Notes under the pieces: generated by a model
Told to the model about the DNA's origin: nothing
Database searches by the model: none
Seen by the model: the letters and a program-made list of their open reading frames with translations, nothing else
DNA from: a virus
IMG/VR virus record: IMGVR_UViG_3300037461_001096
Span: 64,001-128,000 of that record
Reading direction: 5' to 3' (one strand)
Length of the DNA: 64,000 nucleotides
In this document: in pieces, positions 47,123-58,000 of the stretch
Layout of the letters: each line of letters begins with the position of its first letter
Position numbering within the stretch: the first letter of the stretch is position 1
Made by a program: the position numbers and the translations under genes

Positions 47123-50100
47123 CTATGCCGATTTATACGTCAGTACGACGTCACCAGGTGTCAAATACTCAATTGGGGAAACAGTGACATCTCGTACGCC
47201 ACGATCTCCAAAAACAACATACGTGGCAGCAAAGGAATGGTTGGATGGAGTATCGTACGGAGTGGTGCTAGCGTCGAGTGACACAAGAACTTTATTCGCT
47301 GTCCTACTCAATCTCTCTGAAACGATCTCATCTGCTGGGAATAACGCCGCCAGAGTGATATCATCGGAATATCCTTGGATAACAGCTCCAGTAGACCCGA
47401 TGATCCACCACCTATTTAGCCCACGACCTACATCATAGAGTGACGGTGATTTTTCCATCACAAGCTCATCTTTATATACGCCAGTGTGTAGATAGTCTGG
47501 TCCGCCTCCATCGATGGTATTGAACGGAAGGGGTTGGGTCATAATGTAAACGGCGTTAGCTCCATAACTAAGAGACGACAAGAATTTACTGTCAGAATAA
47601 ACCTTCTCTCTAATACGATACGCCCCATCTTTTAGTGTAAACCTCGTTAAAGGTTGAACGAGATAATCAACCCCGTTTATGGTCTCCATGGATCCAGTAG
47701 CATCTGATTGATGGATTGGATTTCCGAGACCTCGGATGTTTACAAGGTTAGTTAAGGATGTTCTTATATTTGAATCAACATAAAATTGAACAGCGTTCGG
47801 CATTAATTGAATTGTCGCGGCCAAAGACAATGGATTTTCAAGGGATTGTTTAACGGCTACATCAGCTGTCACATGCTTCGTTGCTGACACCGCTGAGTTT
47901 ACACGTTGTAGCACATCATTGATAACATAAGTCATCACGAAATTTTCATCATGTTGATAGTCAACCGATACAGTGTCACCACTATTAATGTTAGAAGCCG
48001 CTGTTCTTACAATTTTAACCGAAGTTGTCTGGGTTCCTTCAACAACTAGATAATCCGGATTTGCTGACAACGGACCTTCATATTTAATTAGACGATCCTG
48101 ACTATATACAACGAGTGTGTAAGTATTAATGCCTACTGATCTAAGAGACTCTTCAAATTCAGCAATCAACACGTGTTGTTCATCATTCACTTGAACTGCT
48201 TGACCTGGTGGGATGCCCCCGACTTGGTTAACTGACACATAATCCTGTGCTAGGGTGCTTTCCCCCTCAAGTAGGGGGTCCTGGGTCTTGTAAAGTGAAT
48301 ATCCTTCAGTCGAGTCTAAAGTTCCAGAAAGTTCACCAACTACGGATGTAACTCTGTTTATTGGCTGCAACGACGCAATAAATTTATTGTTGCTGCGATA
48401 TCTATAATCTCCCTCCACAAAATCATCGAACATTGTTGTGGGCTGTGGTATCGCAGTATTGATTTGGATCGTGTTATAATCAATAATTGTCACACCCGTC
48501 AAGTCGTATGCTTGGGTTGGCGTGACTGAGTGATTACGAAATCCAAGCCCCTGTGAAGGATTATTGAGCATTTCTTGGACTGGATTTGAAATGTTTAGTC
48601 TCGAATCTTTTGCTCGGAATATTAAGGCGGCGGCATCGACAACTTCAAATCTCATGTTTTGAGCAACAGTAAACTGGAATGCGAAACTTTCACTTACTGT
48701 CTGCTCGATGACTCCCTTTACATATATGTCTACTTTTCCTCCAGTATGCTTCTTCCGAATTGGGTCCCAGTCTCTCATCATGAAAGGATCGCCGGATTTT
48801 ACGATCTTTGTTTCAATGACCCCTGGAACCCCAACGGAAACTTTATAATATCCACCTTCAGTTCCAGTATCAAGAGCTAGCAGAGATTTCATTGCATATT
48901 CTGCAAGTTCTGTGTTAGTTTGTGTATCTCTGCCGAAGCTGGAAGCCGTTGTATTTATGGTCTTAAATCCAGTAGCCCCGGAAACTACCGTGTCAAGTGT
49001 TCCTGCTGAAATATTCCCAATGGACCCGGGCACCTCAGCAATCATTTCAACTTGAACTTCATACCGTGAAGTTTTGACATTCCAATATTGTCCAGCCGTG
49101 CTTGCATACATGAAAACAGCCCCGCGGGACACAAATCTCGGGGCAGACGTATTCGTCGATGACGAAACCACTGCATTTTGTGACACAAGCATGTCTTGTA
49201 CTGGTGTCGTTGTGGTATAGAAAGTTTGGACGACAGTAGCACTTCTAGGTCCGAGTCTTGGGGAGCCAAAATTTTGTGCTAAAGAATCGAAGGCACCATC
49301 AATTAAATTCTGAGTTGTGACGTTGTCGGCCAGATTCAAAGCTGATCGCAAAGCTGTCTTATACTGAGAACTGTCAACGTTGATGCTAGACCCTATCATA
49401 TTTGGATCGTCAATAGCAAGCAAGGCCGTGAACGACTTAGCCCTGTGAACAAAGTCCAAAAGAAAATAGACACGCTGTACTTCATTAGCAAACGGTTCAA
49501 TATGGACTTCGCGAACTGTTGAACCTGGAATCAGTGATAGGGATGGTTCAACAGATTGAATTTCCCCGATGTACTCTTGAGCAATTTTAGACTGAGTTCT
49601 TATATTTAAGCCTCGAACCACTTGATTAAGGGGGAGAGGGGCTGCCGAAAGTTCAGAAGAAAAACGGCTTTCTATATAATCCCCAGTTGTCTTGTCGAAA
49701 TATAAAGCAGTTACGACATAGAATAACGGATCTTCTATCCCAACCACTCCAAATGTATCGGAGTTCAAAATGCCAGAACCAATACTAGACGCTCTGTTGT
49801 GGCTGAAGACAAATCGTTTGACCGGAATTCTAGATGATATATTTACAGATAGCTTGTAATTCTTGTTCCCTAGAAGAGGGACCCAGTTTACTGATTTTCT
49901 AGCTACAACTAAGCCGGTCGCTGGACTGGTGGCGTCTGTAACAATCTGAAGATCACTGCTACCGTCTATGTCAGATAAGTCATACTCAAATGACCCAATC
50001 GGATCTTCTATAAAATCCGAAATAGTCGGAGAACTCGACTGAATCATATAAGCATTAACCCTGAGATACCCAGACCCGGTTCCTCCGGTTCCGGTCGATG

Positions 50101-50548
50101 CATATATGTTATATCCGCTTGCTGTATCCGTAGACACATCAGACCAAAGTATGTCAACGGATTTGGCACGTCTATTGACCGAAACACCAGTTGGAGACTG
50201 AACAATCATTTCAAGATCGGCATCAGTCATCATATCCACTGTAATCATGGCTGGGGAACTGACCCCGCCAGCCATATCAACAGCTCTGAGCCGAATTGTA
50301 TTGGTTCCGTACTCTAAAGAGAGTCCGTCTGGGAAACTTGATAAATTCGGGATTGTGAAAGATCCCGGAAGAATTTCTATGAGTGTTGGATCCGAAATGA
50401 ATCCAGCCCCATTCATATCAATTTGGATGTCAACCGTATTTGTGTCAATAGTACCTGTAAACACCAGCCCGCTTACATTCGACGTTATGCTAAGCGAGGC
50501 AGTTGTTCCGGAACCGTCCGGATAATTCAGTTTCGGGGTGGTGGCCAT
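47123..50548 (-). CDS. baseplate J-like (gp6-like) wedge protein with N-terminal Ig/Fn3 extension
   Basis: PGSTVREV..EP, DSLAQNFG..R, AEVPGSIGNI, GRDTQTN.EL, GTEGGY and GGKVDIYV. Likely start MATTPK at 50548 (the ORF track starts at 50614). Confidence 0.75.
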   Translation of the reverse strand: MATTPKLNYPDGSGTTASLSITSNVSGLVFTGTIDTNTVDIQIDMNGAGFISDPTLIEILPGSFTIPNLSSFPDGLSLEYGTNTIRLRAVDMAGGVSSPAMITVDMMTDADLEMIVQSPTGVSVNRRAKSVDILWSDVSTDTASGYNIYASTGTGGTGSGYLRVNAYMIQSSSPTISDFIEDPIGSFEYDLSDIDGSSDLQIVTDATSPATGLVVARKSVNWVPLLGNKNYKLSVNISSRIPVKRFVFSHNRASSIGSGILNSDTFGVVGIEDPLFYVVTALYFDKTTGDYIESRFSSELSAAPLPLNQVVRGLNIRTQSKIAQEYIGEIQSVEPSLSLIPGSTVREVHIEPFANEVQRVYFLLDFVHRAKSFTALLAIDDPNMIGSSINVDSSQYKTALRSALNLADNVTTQNLIDGAFDSLAQNFGSPRLGPRSATVVQTFYTTTTPVQDMLVSQNAVVSSSTNTSAPRFVSRGAVFMYASTAGQYWNVKTSRYEVQVEMIAEVPGSIGNISAGTLDTVVSGATGFKTINTTASSFGRDTQTNTELAEYAMKSLLALDTGTEGGYYKVSVGVPGVIETKIVKSGDPFMMRDWDPIRKKHTGGKVDIYVKGVIEQTVSESFAFQFTVAQNMRFEVVDAAALIFRAKDSRLNISNPVQEMLNNPSQGLGFRNHSVTPTQAYDLTGVTIIDYNTIQINTAIPQPTTMFDDFVEGDYRYRSNNKFIASLQPINRVTSVVGELSGTLDSTEGYSLYKTQDPLLEGESTLAQDYVSVNQVGGIPPGQAVQVNDEQHVLIAEFEESLRSVGINTYTLVVYSQDRLIKYEGPLSANPDYLVVEGTQTTSVKIVRTAASNINSGDTVSVDYQHDENFVMTYVINDVLQRVNSAVSATKHVTADVAVKQSLENPLSLAATIQLMPNAVQFYVDSNIRTSLTNLVNIRGLGNPIHQSDATGSMETINGVDYLVQPLTRFTLKDGAYRIREKVYSDSKFLSSLSYGANAVYIMTQPLPFNTIDGGGPDYLHTGVYKDELVMEKSPSLYDVGRGLNRWWIIGSTGAVIQGYSDDITLAALFPADEIVSERLSRTANKVLVSLDASTTPYDTPSNHSFAATYVVFGDRGVRDVTVSPIEYLTPGDVVLTYKSA

Positions 50549-50576
50549 GCACCAACAATACCTATAAAAATTGGCT

Positions 50577-51716
50577 TCAACCGCGCAATAGGAAACTGGA
50601 CTCAGAACCCCCAAGTGTGTAGGGATTTGGGTTTCCTATAATCCTTTTCAGTGGAACTAAAACTCGACTTCTGCACGCTATTGTGATGTTTATCAATGCT
50701 ACTGTCGGATCATTCGGAAGAACGGAAACACCGATAGACTTGATTGACATTGGATACTCGGCATCTGTGACTTGTTGATTTGGGTTCTGATTTTGCTGCA
50801 TTTTAATGTTTTGGTAAGCCGCAAAAGCTTGACTGGCATCCATTGTCAACATGGAATTGACAGTGTTCTTAGCAGTCGATCCTTTTCCACCAATTCTATC
50901 GATAAGTTTTGAGCCGAGCCATGGCCATTTCCAATGTGATCCAAGTCTAGTAAATAAGAATTTGTCCAGTTCTTGGGACAGTAAATCAGTGTCCCTTACA
51001 GTTTCATAAGACCCGTTTTTTACGCTATAATCGAATTCTATTCTTGTTCCACCGCATCTCCTACAAAAATTGGCATATGTCACATAACTCAAGTGTATGG
51101 TGGGTTTCTTGTTCGGAACGACACCATGAAATTTGATAACTTTTTCCAAAGGAAGAAACTCGGAAAATTTTTCTATTGTCCATGGGGGAAATAAGACCTT
51201 CCCTGAAACAACCCTTCCAGGGGCAATCCCAAGTCTTGAATATGCTCCTAATGTCCGTCCAGTCGTTGGGAGTGACTGGGTCTTGTCAGTCCATCTAGGA
51301 TCAACAAAAGAAAAAGCTGCCCCATTAATCGGGTTCTTCGACTGGACGACTACCCTATTATTCATCACGGAAAATGCTAAAAGCGGGATTTTCCTGGAAA
51401 GATCTTCAGCAAGATCCTGAGCCTTTACATTTCCAGTAATAAGTTGGACAAACGTAGGAAGGTCTTTACCTATTTTAACATATATGAGATCGTTCAAATC
51501 GCGCTTGATCCGATATGGACCTGGATTCAAAAAAGCAACAGAAGCATACGAAACTAAACCTGATGGTGGAATCTCGACACCGTCAACCCATAAAGTTACT
51601 TTTTGATTTACAGGCGGGGCCCTGAATCTGACCATTCCAGATATACCATCGTAGGTACCGGTCTCTCTACGAATTTCGTGGCTACATATTTTTTGTAACG
51701 CAAAATCGTAGCTCAT
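50577..51716 (-). CDS. baseplate gp25/W-like protein with N-terminal extension
   Basis: C-terminal LLSQELDKFLFTRLGSHWKWPWLGSKL resembles the gp25 L.T..GE....P.FG motif; directly upstream of the J-like gene. Confidence 0.6.
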   Translation of the reverse strand: MSYDFALQKICSHEIRRETGTYDGISGMVRFRAPPVNQKVTLWVDGVEIPPSGLVSYASVAFLNPGPYRIKRDLNDLIYVKIGKDLPTFVQLITGNVKAQDLAEDLSRKIPLLAFSVMNNRVVVQSKNPINGAAFSFVDPRWTDKTQSLPTTGRTLGAYSRLGIAPGRVVSGKVLFPPWTIEKFSEFLPLEKVIKFHGVVPNKKPTIHLSYVTYANFCRRCGGTRIEFDYSVKNGSYETVRDTDLLSQELDKFLFTRLGSHWKWPWLGSKLIDRIGGKGSTAKNTVNSMLTMDASQAFAAYQNIKMQQNQNPNQQVTDAEYPMSIKSIGVSVLPNDPTVALINITIACRSRVLVPLKRIIGNPNPYTLGGSESSFLLRG

Positions 51717-52417
51717 AGCCCACCATGTCCACCACGTTGATGCCCACTTGCAGCAACCTCGACAGCGTCTACCATGGTCGGGTCGACAATATTCCCAATC
51801 TGGAGTCCGTGTCTATCTCCTTCTCGAATTGGGACATTCATTCTTCCAGGTTCAAACATAGTTGTTTCTACATCAACAATTTGCTCATCGATAACAAAGC
51901 CGTTGATGAGTCCGTCTATCATATCATATTCTTGTTGAAGCTGGTCGGCATAATCCATGGCTCTTTTGATTTTAAACTCTAGGTGCTCCCTCTTTGATTT
52001 TATAACCTCAAGTTGCCATTTTTTCAACGCTTCCACGGCTAAACCAAGAGATCTATCAAAACGTTGAGACCCCCGGTCAAGCCTTCCGTTTGAATACGAT
52101 GGGGAGCTGCTCATGTCCACCCCACGATGTAAAAAGACCGGTTTGTCTCGAATTCTTAACAACATATCATTTTCTGGCACACCACCGAGCATTCTATACG
52201 CCAAAAGAAGCTTCCCTATATACGTTCTGGGGGCGGCAGTAAAAGAAATTGGTGTCATGTTATCGTCATCATAGACACATGACACCTGACCGGTCCGCGC
52301 AATTTCCGCTTTGAGCCACGTCAAACGGGCTCCCAACTCTTCTCTTTGAACGACTGTAAAATCCTTAAAGTCGTCCCACTGAGCTTTGGTAAAAGTTCCG
52401 AAAAAGTTATAAGCCAT
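51713..52417 (-). CDS. hypothetical virion-region protein
   Basis: 234-aa ORF with helical content; ATGA overlap with the next gene. Confidence 0.65.
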   Translation of the reverse strand: MAYNFFGTFTKAQWDDFKDFTVVQREELGARLTWLKAEIARTGQVSCVYDDDNMTPISFTAAPRTYIGKLLLAYRMLGGVPENDMLLRIRDKPVFLHRGVDMSSSPSYSNGRLDRGSQRFDRSLGLAVEALKKWQLEVIKSKREHLEFKIKRAMDYADQLQQEYDMIDGLINGFVIDEQIVDVETTMFEPGRMNVPIREGDRHGLQIGNIVDPTMVDAVEVAASGHQRGGHGGL

Positions 52418-52456
52418 AAATATCTACCTTGCTTGAGTATAGAGGTCTTTGGCTAT

Positions 52457-52490
52457 CATAGTTCACATAATGATTGAAAAGTGAACTATG
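52457..52490. other. intergenic inverted repeat (10-bp stem, 14-nt loop)
   Basis: CATAGTTCAC ... GTGAACTATG between 52505 and 52417. There is no U-tract, so it is not a clear intrinsic terminator. Confidence 0.5.
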
Positions 52491-52504
52491 GCCGTGATAA
52501 ACCT

Positions 52505-54751
52505 TCATTTTGAACCAACCGTTAGAAGAAATTTCAAAGCCTCCAGTGCTTTTGTAAACCCAGGACCAGGGCCACCGGCTGTCATTATAAGACCTGAATG
52601 TAAGCCGAATGGCTTATCCCCTGGTTTATTCTGTGAGTCCATCAATCCTTGAATGAGACTGTTTACCCCATCAGTTCCTGACACCCATAAGGAACTGACT
52701 GACACTTCAATATTTAGCATTTCAATTAAGGCGATTATGGCCCTAACAAGTTGTTCTAAGTCTCGAATTCTTTGAATAAGCGTTTCAATGATATCTGTTA
52801 TTTCTTTCAGGGCACTTTCTATAGCCTTTAAAAGCGCCAGAATCCACTGCTCAAAATCATATAAGAATGGAACAATTGCAGGGAATAAGTCCCCAATGGT
52901 TACTGAGTACCATTGAAGATAGTTAACTGGCCCAATAGACAGGGCTAGACGCAAAAAATCGGCTAAGTCATTTCGCTCATCAACGCTAACACTTATTCCG
53001 GCCGAAGCTGGCCCTGGCAATAACGGAAGTGGGCCGTCATACGCTTTTCCTGGAATCTCGGCATATCTTGGATTTTCTTTTTCAAGATAACTGAGTATTT
53101 CTTCATTAGTTTTATCAGTCACATCTCCAAGAACGCCAAACAGCCCCCAATGAGACTTCACCGTTCCTGTTGTTTGATTATCCGGCGAGTATGACTTAAC
53201 GCCTCCCATGCCAGCAACAGTGAACTCGTATCCAACTGCTCCAAGGATTTTTTCAACTGTTCCTTTGACGCCAGCGGCCCATAATTTTCCAAGCCTCATC
53301 ATTAACTGTGGCTTTGTCCGAATTTTTTCGACTATCGGATTTACGATTCTTCTAATTGTTGGTTTTAGAAATGGAAATTTAACAAAAGAATCGGATGTAT
53401 TGTTATCATATTTAATTACCCCAATTTGACCAGCAATGACTGACAAAGTGCCCCAACCCGTTTTCTGATAAATGACAGTAGAGTTATCATCTGCCGTAGG
53501 ATATGGAAGTTCAAAATTCAAGAGGAGAGCGGCAAGAACAGAATTAAGCAAATCCTTATATAAATCAAATATGTCCGAATCAGACATACTCAGTGGAACA
53601 AATCCTTTAACAGTAGCACTGGGCTTTCCCATAACTACATTTTTGCCATAGTTGACAACCCAGCCATACTGTGAATCTTGTTTTACAAAATTTTCTCGGG
53701 CGTCGTCCGGTGTTGTTATATAGTCATTTCGAACATATAAATCATTCAGTTTACCCATATAGGTTCGAACTCTATAATAATAAATTTTTCCTTCTTCTAC
53801 ATCTGTGTCAATATATCGATACGTTCCAGTCACCCCACCAAGATAAGTAATATTATCAGCCTTTCTTCGTGTACGGAAGAATTTATAAGCCCCTCCCCCA
53901 CGTTCTTTCACAGCTATCTTTGTTGACACAGATGGGATGTTATATTTCGCTGCCATTCTTGCAACGCGGGTCCCCTGAGTCTTGGAATCGAATTTAGCGT
54001 ATACATATTCTCCTGTTGGATGCGTAGCGTCAGTTCGTTCAATGATAAATTTTTGTCCAAGATTATAACTCGGTAAAGATGCAGCTATTTGTCCAACAAG
54101 AGTTGGAGACCCGATTCCAGCTGCAGATGTTGGCATCTTCCATTCTAGAACAAGCTTTGGGGTTGTTGTTCCTGTCACTTTTTGGTATAACTGCCAAAAC
54201 TGGGTAGCAGGGCCTCCATTTTGCGTTGGAGTACTAACCTTTAGATCGACAGGGGCAGCAAGCCCAACATCGTCCATCGGGTGCTTTATTAAATCCAACA
54301 GGGCAATTACTTCACTGAGCAGGTCCGCTGGGGACTCGGCCCCAATATATAAAATACTCATCATCGCATTCATGCCGGCGGTATACTGCGGCCTGAAAGG
54401 ATCAGTTTCGTCATAAAATTTTCCGATTACTTTTGCCTCGAAACCTTTGTATCCACCAGATACCGAATTAAACACAGCGCGAAGATCAGATCGTCGAAAA
54501 TCGGGACGGACAAGCAAAACTGCAAATCCAGTGGATTTTATTTGATTAATGATCGCTCTAATTGACGCTAGCAGTAAGGCTATGATTGCCCTAAGTGGGT
54601 TCAACAAATCCAGTGAGAATACTTTAATTAAAGCAAGCAAAGCCTCCAGGATAGCCTCAACCGATTCTAAAACAGTTAATAAGCTCTGTAGTGGAGGCTT
54701 AAGCTTCCCTAGTGGGTCTATATTTATTTTCAGGCTGGACCAGTCAGACAT
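52505..54751 (-). CDS. hypothetical virion-region protein (helical termini, Fn3-like middle)
   Basis: 748 aa; YIDTDVEEGKIYYYRVR Fn3-like motif; amphipathic helical N- and C-termini. Confidence 0.65.
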   Translation of the reverse strand: MSDWSSLKINIDPLGKLKPPLQSLLTVLESVEAILEALLALIKVFSLDLLNPLRAIIALLLASIRAIINQIKSTGFAVLLVRPDFRRSDLRAVFNSVSGGYKGFEAKVIGKFYDETDPFRPQYTAGMNAMMSILYIGAESPADLLSEVIALLDLIKHPMDDVGLAAPVDLKVSTPTQNGGPATQFWQLYQKVTGTTTPKLVLEWKMPTSAAGIGSPTLVGQIAASLPSYNLGQKFIIERTDATHPTGEYVYAKFDSKTQGTRVARMAAKYNIPSVSTKIAVKERGGGAYKFFRTRRKADNITYLGGVTGTYRYIDTDVEEGKIYYYRVRTYMGKLNDLYVRNDYITTPDDARENFVKQDSQYGWVVNYGKNVVMGKPSATVKGFVPLSMSDSDIFDLYKDLLNSVLAALLLNFELPYPTADDNSTVIYQKTGWGTLSVIAGQIGVIKYDNNTSDSFVKFPFLKPTIRRIVNPIVEKIRTKPQLMMRLGKLWAAGVKGTVEKILGAVGYEFTVAGMGGVKSYSPDNQTTGTVKSHWGLFGVLGDVTDKTNEEILSYLEKENPRYAEIPGKAYDGPLPLLPGPASAGISVSVDERNDLADFLRLALSIGPVNYLQWYSVTIGDLFPAIVPFLYDFEQWILALLKAIESALKEITDIIETLIQRIRDLEQLVRAIIALIEMLNIEVSVSSLWVSGTDGVNSLIQGLMDSQNKPGDKPFGLHSGLIMTAGGPGPGFTKALEALKFLLTVGSK

Positions 54752-55041
54752 TATTTTCCACCCATTCGCTGCCTTGCCTGTAAGTGTTCTTCAAGCTTTG
54801 CCTTCTCAAAGTCGATCATCTTTTCAACCCCATCTTTCAATAATTTCAAAAATTCAACAAGAGTTGGATTTGGCTGAAATTTCTGGTTATGAGCCCACGC
54901 TGGACTTATGCTATCGCATCCAAGGTCAGAGCTTTCCGTTGATTGTCTGTTATTTTCGTCAGTATGTCCAACGCTTGAGCAGTCGCTCTCGTCTGGAGTT
55001 GAAGAAGACCTGTCTCTTTGTTGGTTCTCTGATCTATCCAT
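54751..55041 (-). CDS. small hypothetical protein overlapping the upstream gene
   Basis: 96 aa; GAGGT upstream of the ATG; TAATG coupling to the next gene; 136-nt overlap with 54906..60230. Confidence 0.45.
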   Translation of the reverse strand: MDRSENQQRDRSSSTPDESDCSSVGHTDENNRQSTESSDLGCDSISPAWAHNQKFQPNPTLVEFLKLLKDGVEKMIDFEKAKLEEHLQARQRMGGK

Positions 55042-58000
55042 AGATACCTCATGTCATAAAGATTGTCACCGTCTCGAAGAAGGCTGGTCAGACTTGGAAT
55101 ATTTCCGCCAGACCCCAGCATCCCAGAGAGATCTTTTTGTCTCTGTTGGACCACTGTTGCTCTTGCAACAACGTCATCGTATGTTGGAGAAAATGACTGC
55201 GTAAGCTTCAAGAATGTCAGGGTATTTCGATAAAAGCACGCAACAAATTTGAATTCCAACTCTTGTAGGAATGCCCACGGGTTGATAATTGAATATTGTC
55301 CAGTAGCCCCAGCAATCAAAGGTGGATATGGAGACGAGTTAACTGTAACTGTGTTTCCAGACGCTGAAGAAATTTTCCATAGACCTCGGCTCAGTCCACT
55401 TTTCACCCAAAGAAGTTTTCCTTCTGTTCCAGAAAGACTGGACGACGACGTCCATACAGACTCCGAAGTGGAGGTTCCATAACCGGATGATATTTGTTCC
55501 CCAAACATTGTTACAGCATTGTCTAAGCAAGCCAGCTCAAAGTTCAAAAACTTAATTTCATCATTCAATGTATACTGAATATTTGTTACAGATCCAACAA
55601 TAAAACTACTTCCGGTTAAGTCCAACCCCGTTAAATGACTGTTCAATACGACATAAGTTGGGAAAATTTTAGAAACTGTAGCAACTTGTCCGCTGTTTGG
55701 TCCATCAACAAATTGAATGACATCTCCAATGGCAAGATTTTTTCCGAAGATACTAACGACTGTGATATTTGGTCCAACAAATTCATGCTTTGCAATCCCA
55801 GCTCGAAGTAAGGAAAGCTCCTTTAACAGCATATTCAATTCACAGTTTAAACGCGTTCTAGGGATTGAAAGTCGCCCGGAGTCATTTGCCTCCGAGCCGT
55901 CTAATGCAGGGACACGTTTTGGTTTCATGTCAACATTTGAAAATGAAACCGAGGCTTCTACAATTTCATTTCCGACAAGTGGGTTGTTTTTAAACGGGAA
56001 ACCAGACGGCATTTTGAAATATAGAATTTGCCCATTATCCGGAGTATAAGTATAATCAATTCCCGGAACATACATATTTTGCATGTTTTTGTCACCACTA
56101 AAATCAGGAGGGTCTGGGGGGACTTGGGCTAAGCCTCCAATTTGTGGCATGGGTGTGGAAATATTTGTGTGCACAATATAAGGATTCACTAGATCAATGG
56201 ATAAGATCTCTCCGTCAGCAAGCTTGTTCCCCTCGAGGTCAAACACTTGAATTTTTTGATCATTTAAAAATGGTGATACCAGATTTGTTGGGTCCCCATT
56301 CGTTCCAGACGACGGGGAACTTCCTCCTCTAAGAATTTCAGCAAAATTTATGGCATCCGCAGTTGAATCAATAGTAAACCAAGTTCCGCTGGGCGTTACA
56401 GTCGATGATGTAAAGAAAGCCGACGCTCTTGATGTTGTGGTTGTTCCGACTGATGTTATATTCTTAATTTTATAACTTCCAACTTGATCCCCATTTTTAG
56501 AAGAGATTATATCCTGAATGTAAGCAGCCCCAATGGAAACTGTTGGGAACAGTCTCGACAGGACGTTTGGATCCGACATCTTTCCATATACGGGAATTAA
56601 AACAGTTCTTAACGGGAATGATGAACTCATCGAAATTGTGTCGTAAAGCTTCACCTCATCATCTATGTCATTTTTGATTGACTGATAATCTGTTACTTTA
56701 TGTACGATTCCATCGTACCGGAATCGACCGGAGCTCCCACCGACAATTCTTCCATCAACAAAAGATAAAATATCTTCGTATATGTTTATAACATCATGGT
56801 AGAATTTGAGAAATCTACTGGCCACCACGTCCATACTCTGGTAAAAAGTAGAGAAATACCAAGGGCTAGGAAGTCCAGCATCTTTTGTCTGTTGTGATGA
56901 TATACTTACGACATTCGGGCCTGAGCTCAATATCGATGTGTTACTCGTGGCAAGAGATTTCGCTTCCGGCAAGAGAGAAACGATAGTCTCAACACGATAG
57001 AAGAATGAATCTGGCGCATGTAAGTCATAATCCATCCTAAGCTGTTGCGAAATCAGTCCATTTGAGTTATCGGGGGCAATCTCATAAGCAAAATTGACCT
57101 CAAATTTAGTGCCTATTGGTTGGAATACTCTAGCCACATACATGACACGAAGTATATCCCCAAAAGTAACAGGGGCCCGAAGTTTGAAAATGCCATCATC
57201 ACCAAGGGAATAGTCAATATCTTTCTGTAAAACAGATGAAGACGTTTTCCCCATTTTTGCCAGGACGAATCCTCGCGATATATGAGCCGATCTCAGCGTG
57301 GAGAAATCGCCCAATGGATCTGCAATCGGGCGAATTGTCCGTTTAACTATTGGGGTTATATAATTTCTACGTGCAGATCCGGCAGTGCTAACAGTTGTTA
57401 TGTTAGAGGCAGCGTCATAGGATGACCCTAAGACCCAGTATGGGTCATCGTCAAAGTCTATAACTGTTCCAATTCTATAATTCGAAGTTGAATTTCCATG
57501 AATTCTAACACTATTGGTTCCAAATACGAAGATCTCAACAGTGTTTGTTTCCTCGATCATATATGACGGCGTATGCATTGGAGCAATGAAAGAAAGCGCG
57601 TGCCGCTGATTAATCACATCACAAACTTTGATCGATGACCCGTCCGCGACTGACGCTTGTGCAAATGAAATAGTTGTGATATCTGAAGTTAAATCATATA
57701 CTGATGACGTAGTATAAAGTATATCCTTGTTTTCTATCAAAATAGCGCCACCAGGCTTAAAAATGTTAGTTTGATTTCCACTTACTGTGAGTGTTCGCTG
57801 CCCCGAAGAGCCACCAGGCACAGGTCCCAGTATTTTAAGCGAGTCGTTCTCTATCGGAGAATATAGTAAATTAAACGATAACTCTCCACCATTTGCTTCT
57901 TTGACCCAGTAATCAATCGTTACAGGCCCACTTGTTAATGCATTTTGCAATGTGATAACGCCAGGAGAAGAAAGAGAATAAGTCGTTGGATCCTGGGTTA

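Noticed and set aside
26230-52450. Shared late-promoter motif (pyrimidine-rich CTYTWT-like box 20-45 nt upstream of starts at 26211, 31079, 34393, 50548, 52417)
   Set aside because: Too degenerate and variably spaced to support without a motif-enrichment test.
52457-52490. Rho-independent terminator
   Set aside because: The stem is AT-rich with a 14-nt loop and no U-tract on either strand; kept only as an inverted repeat.
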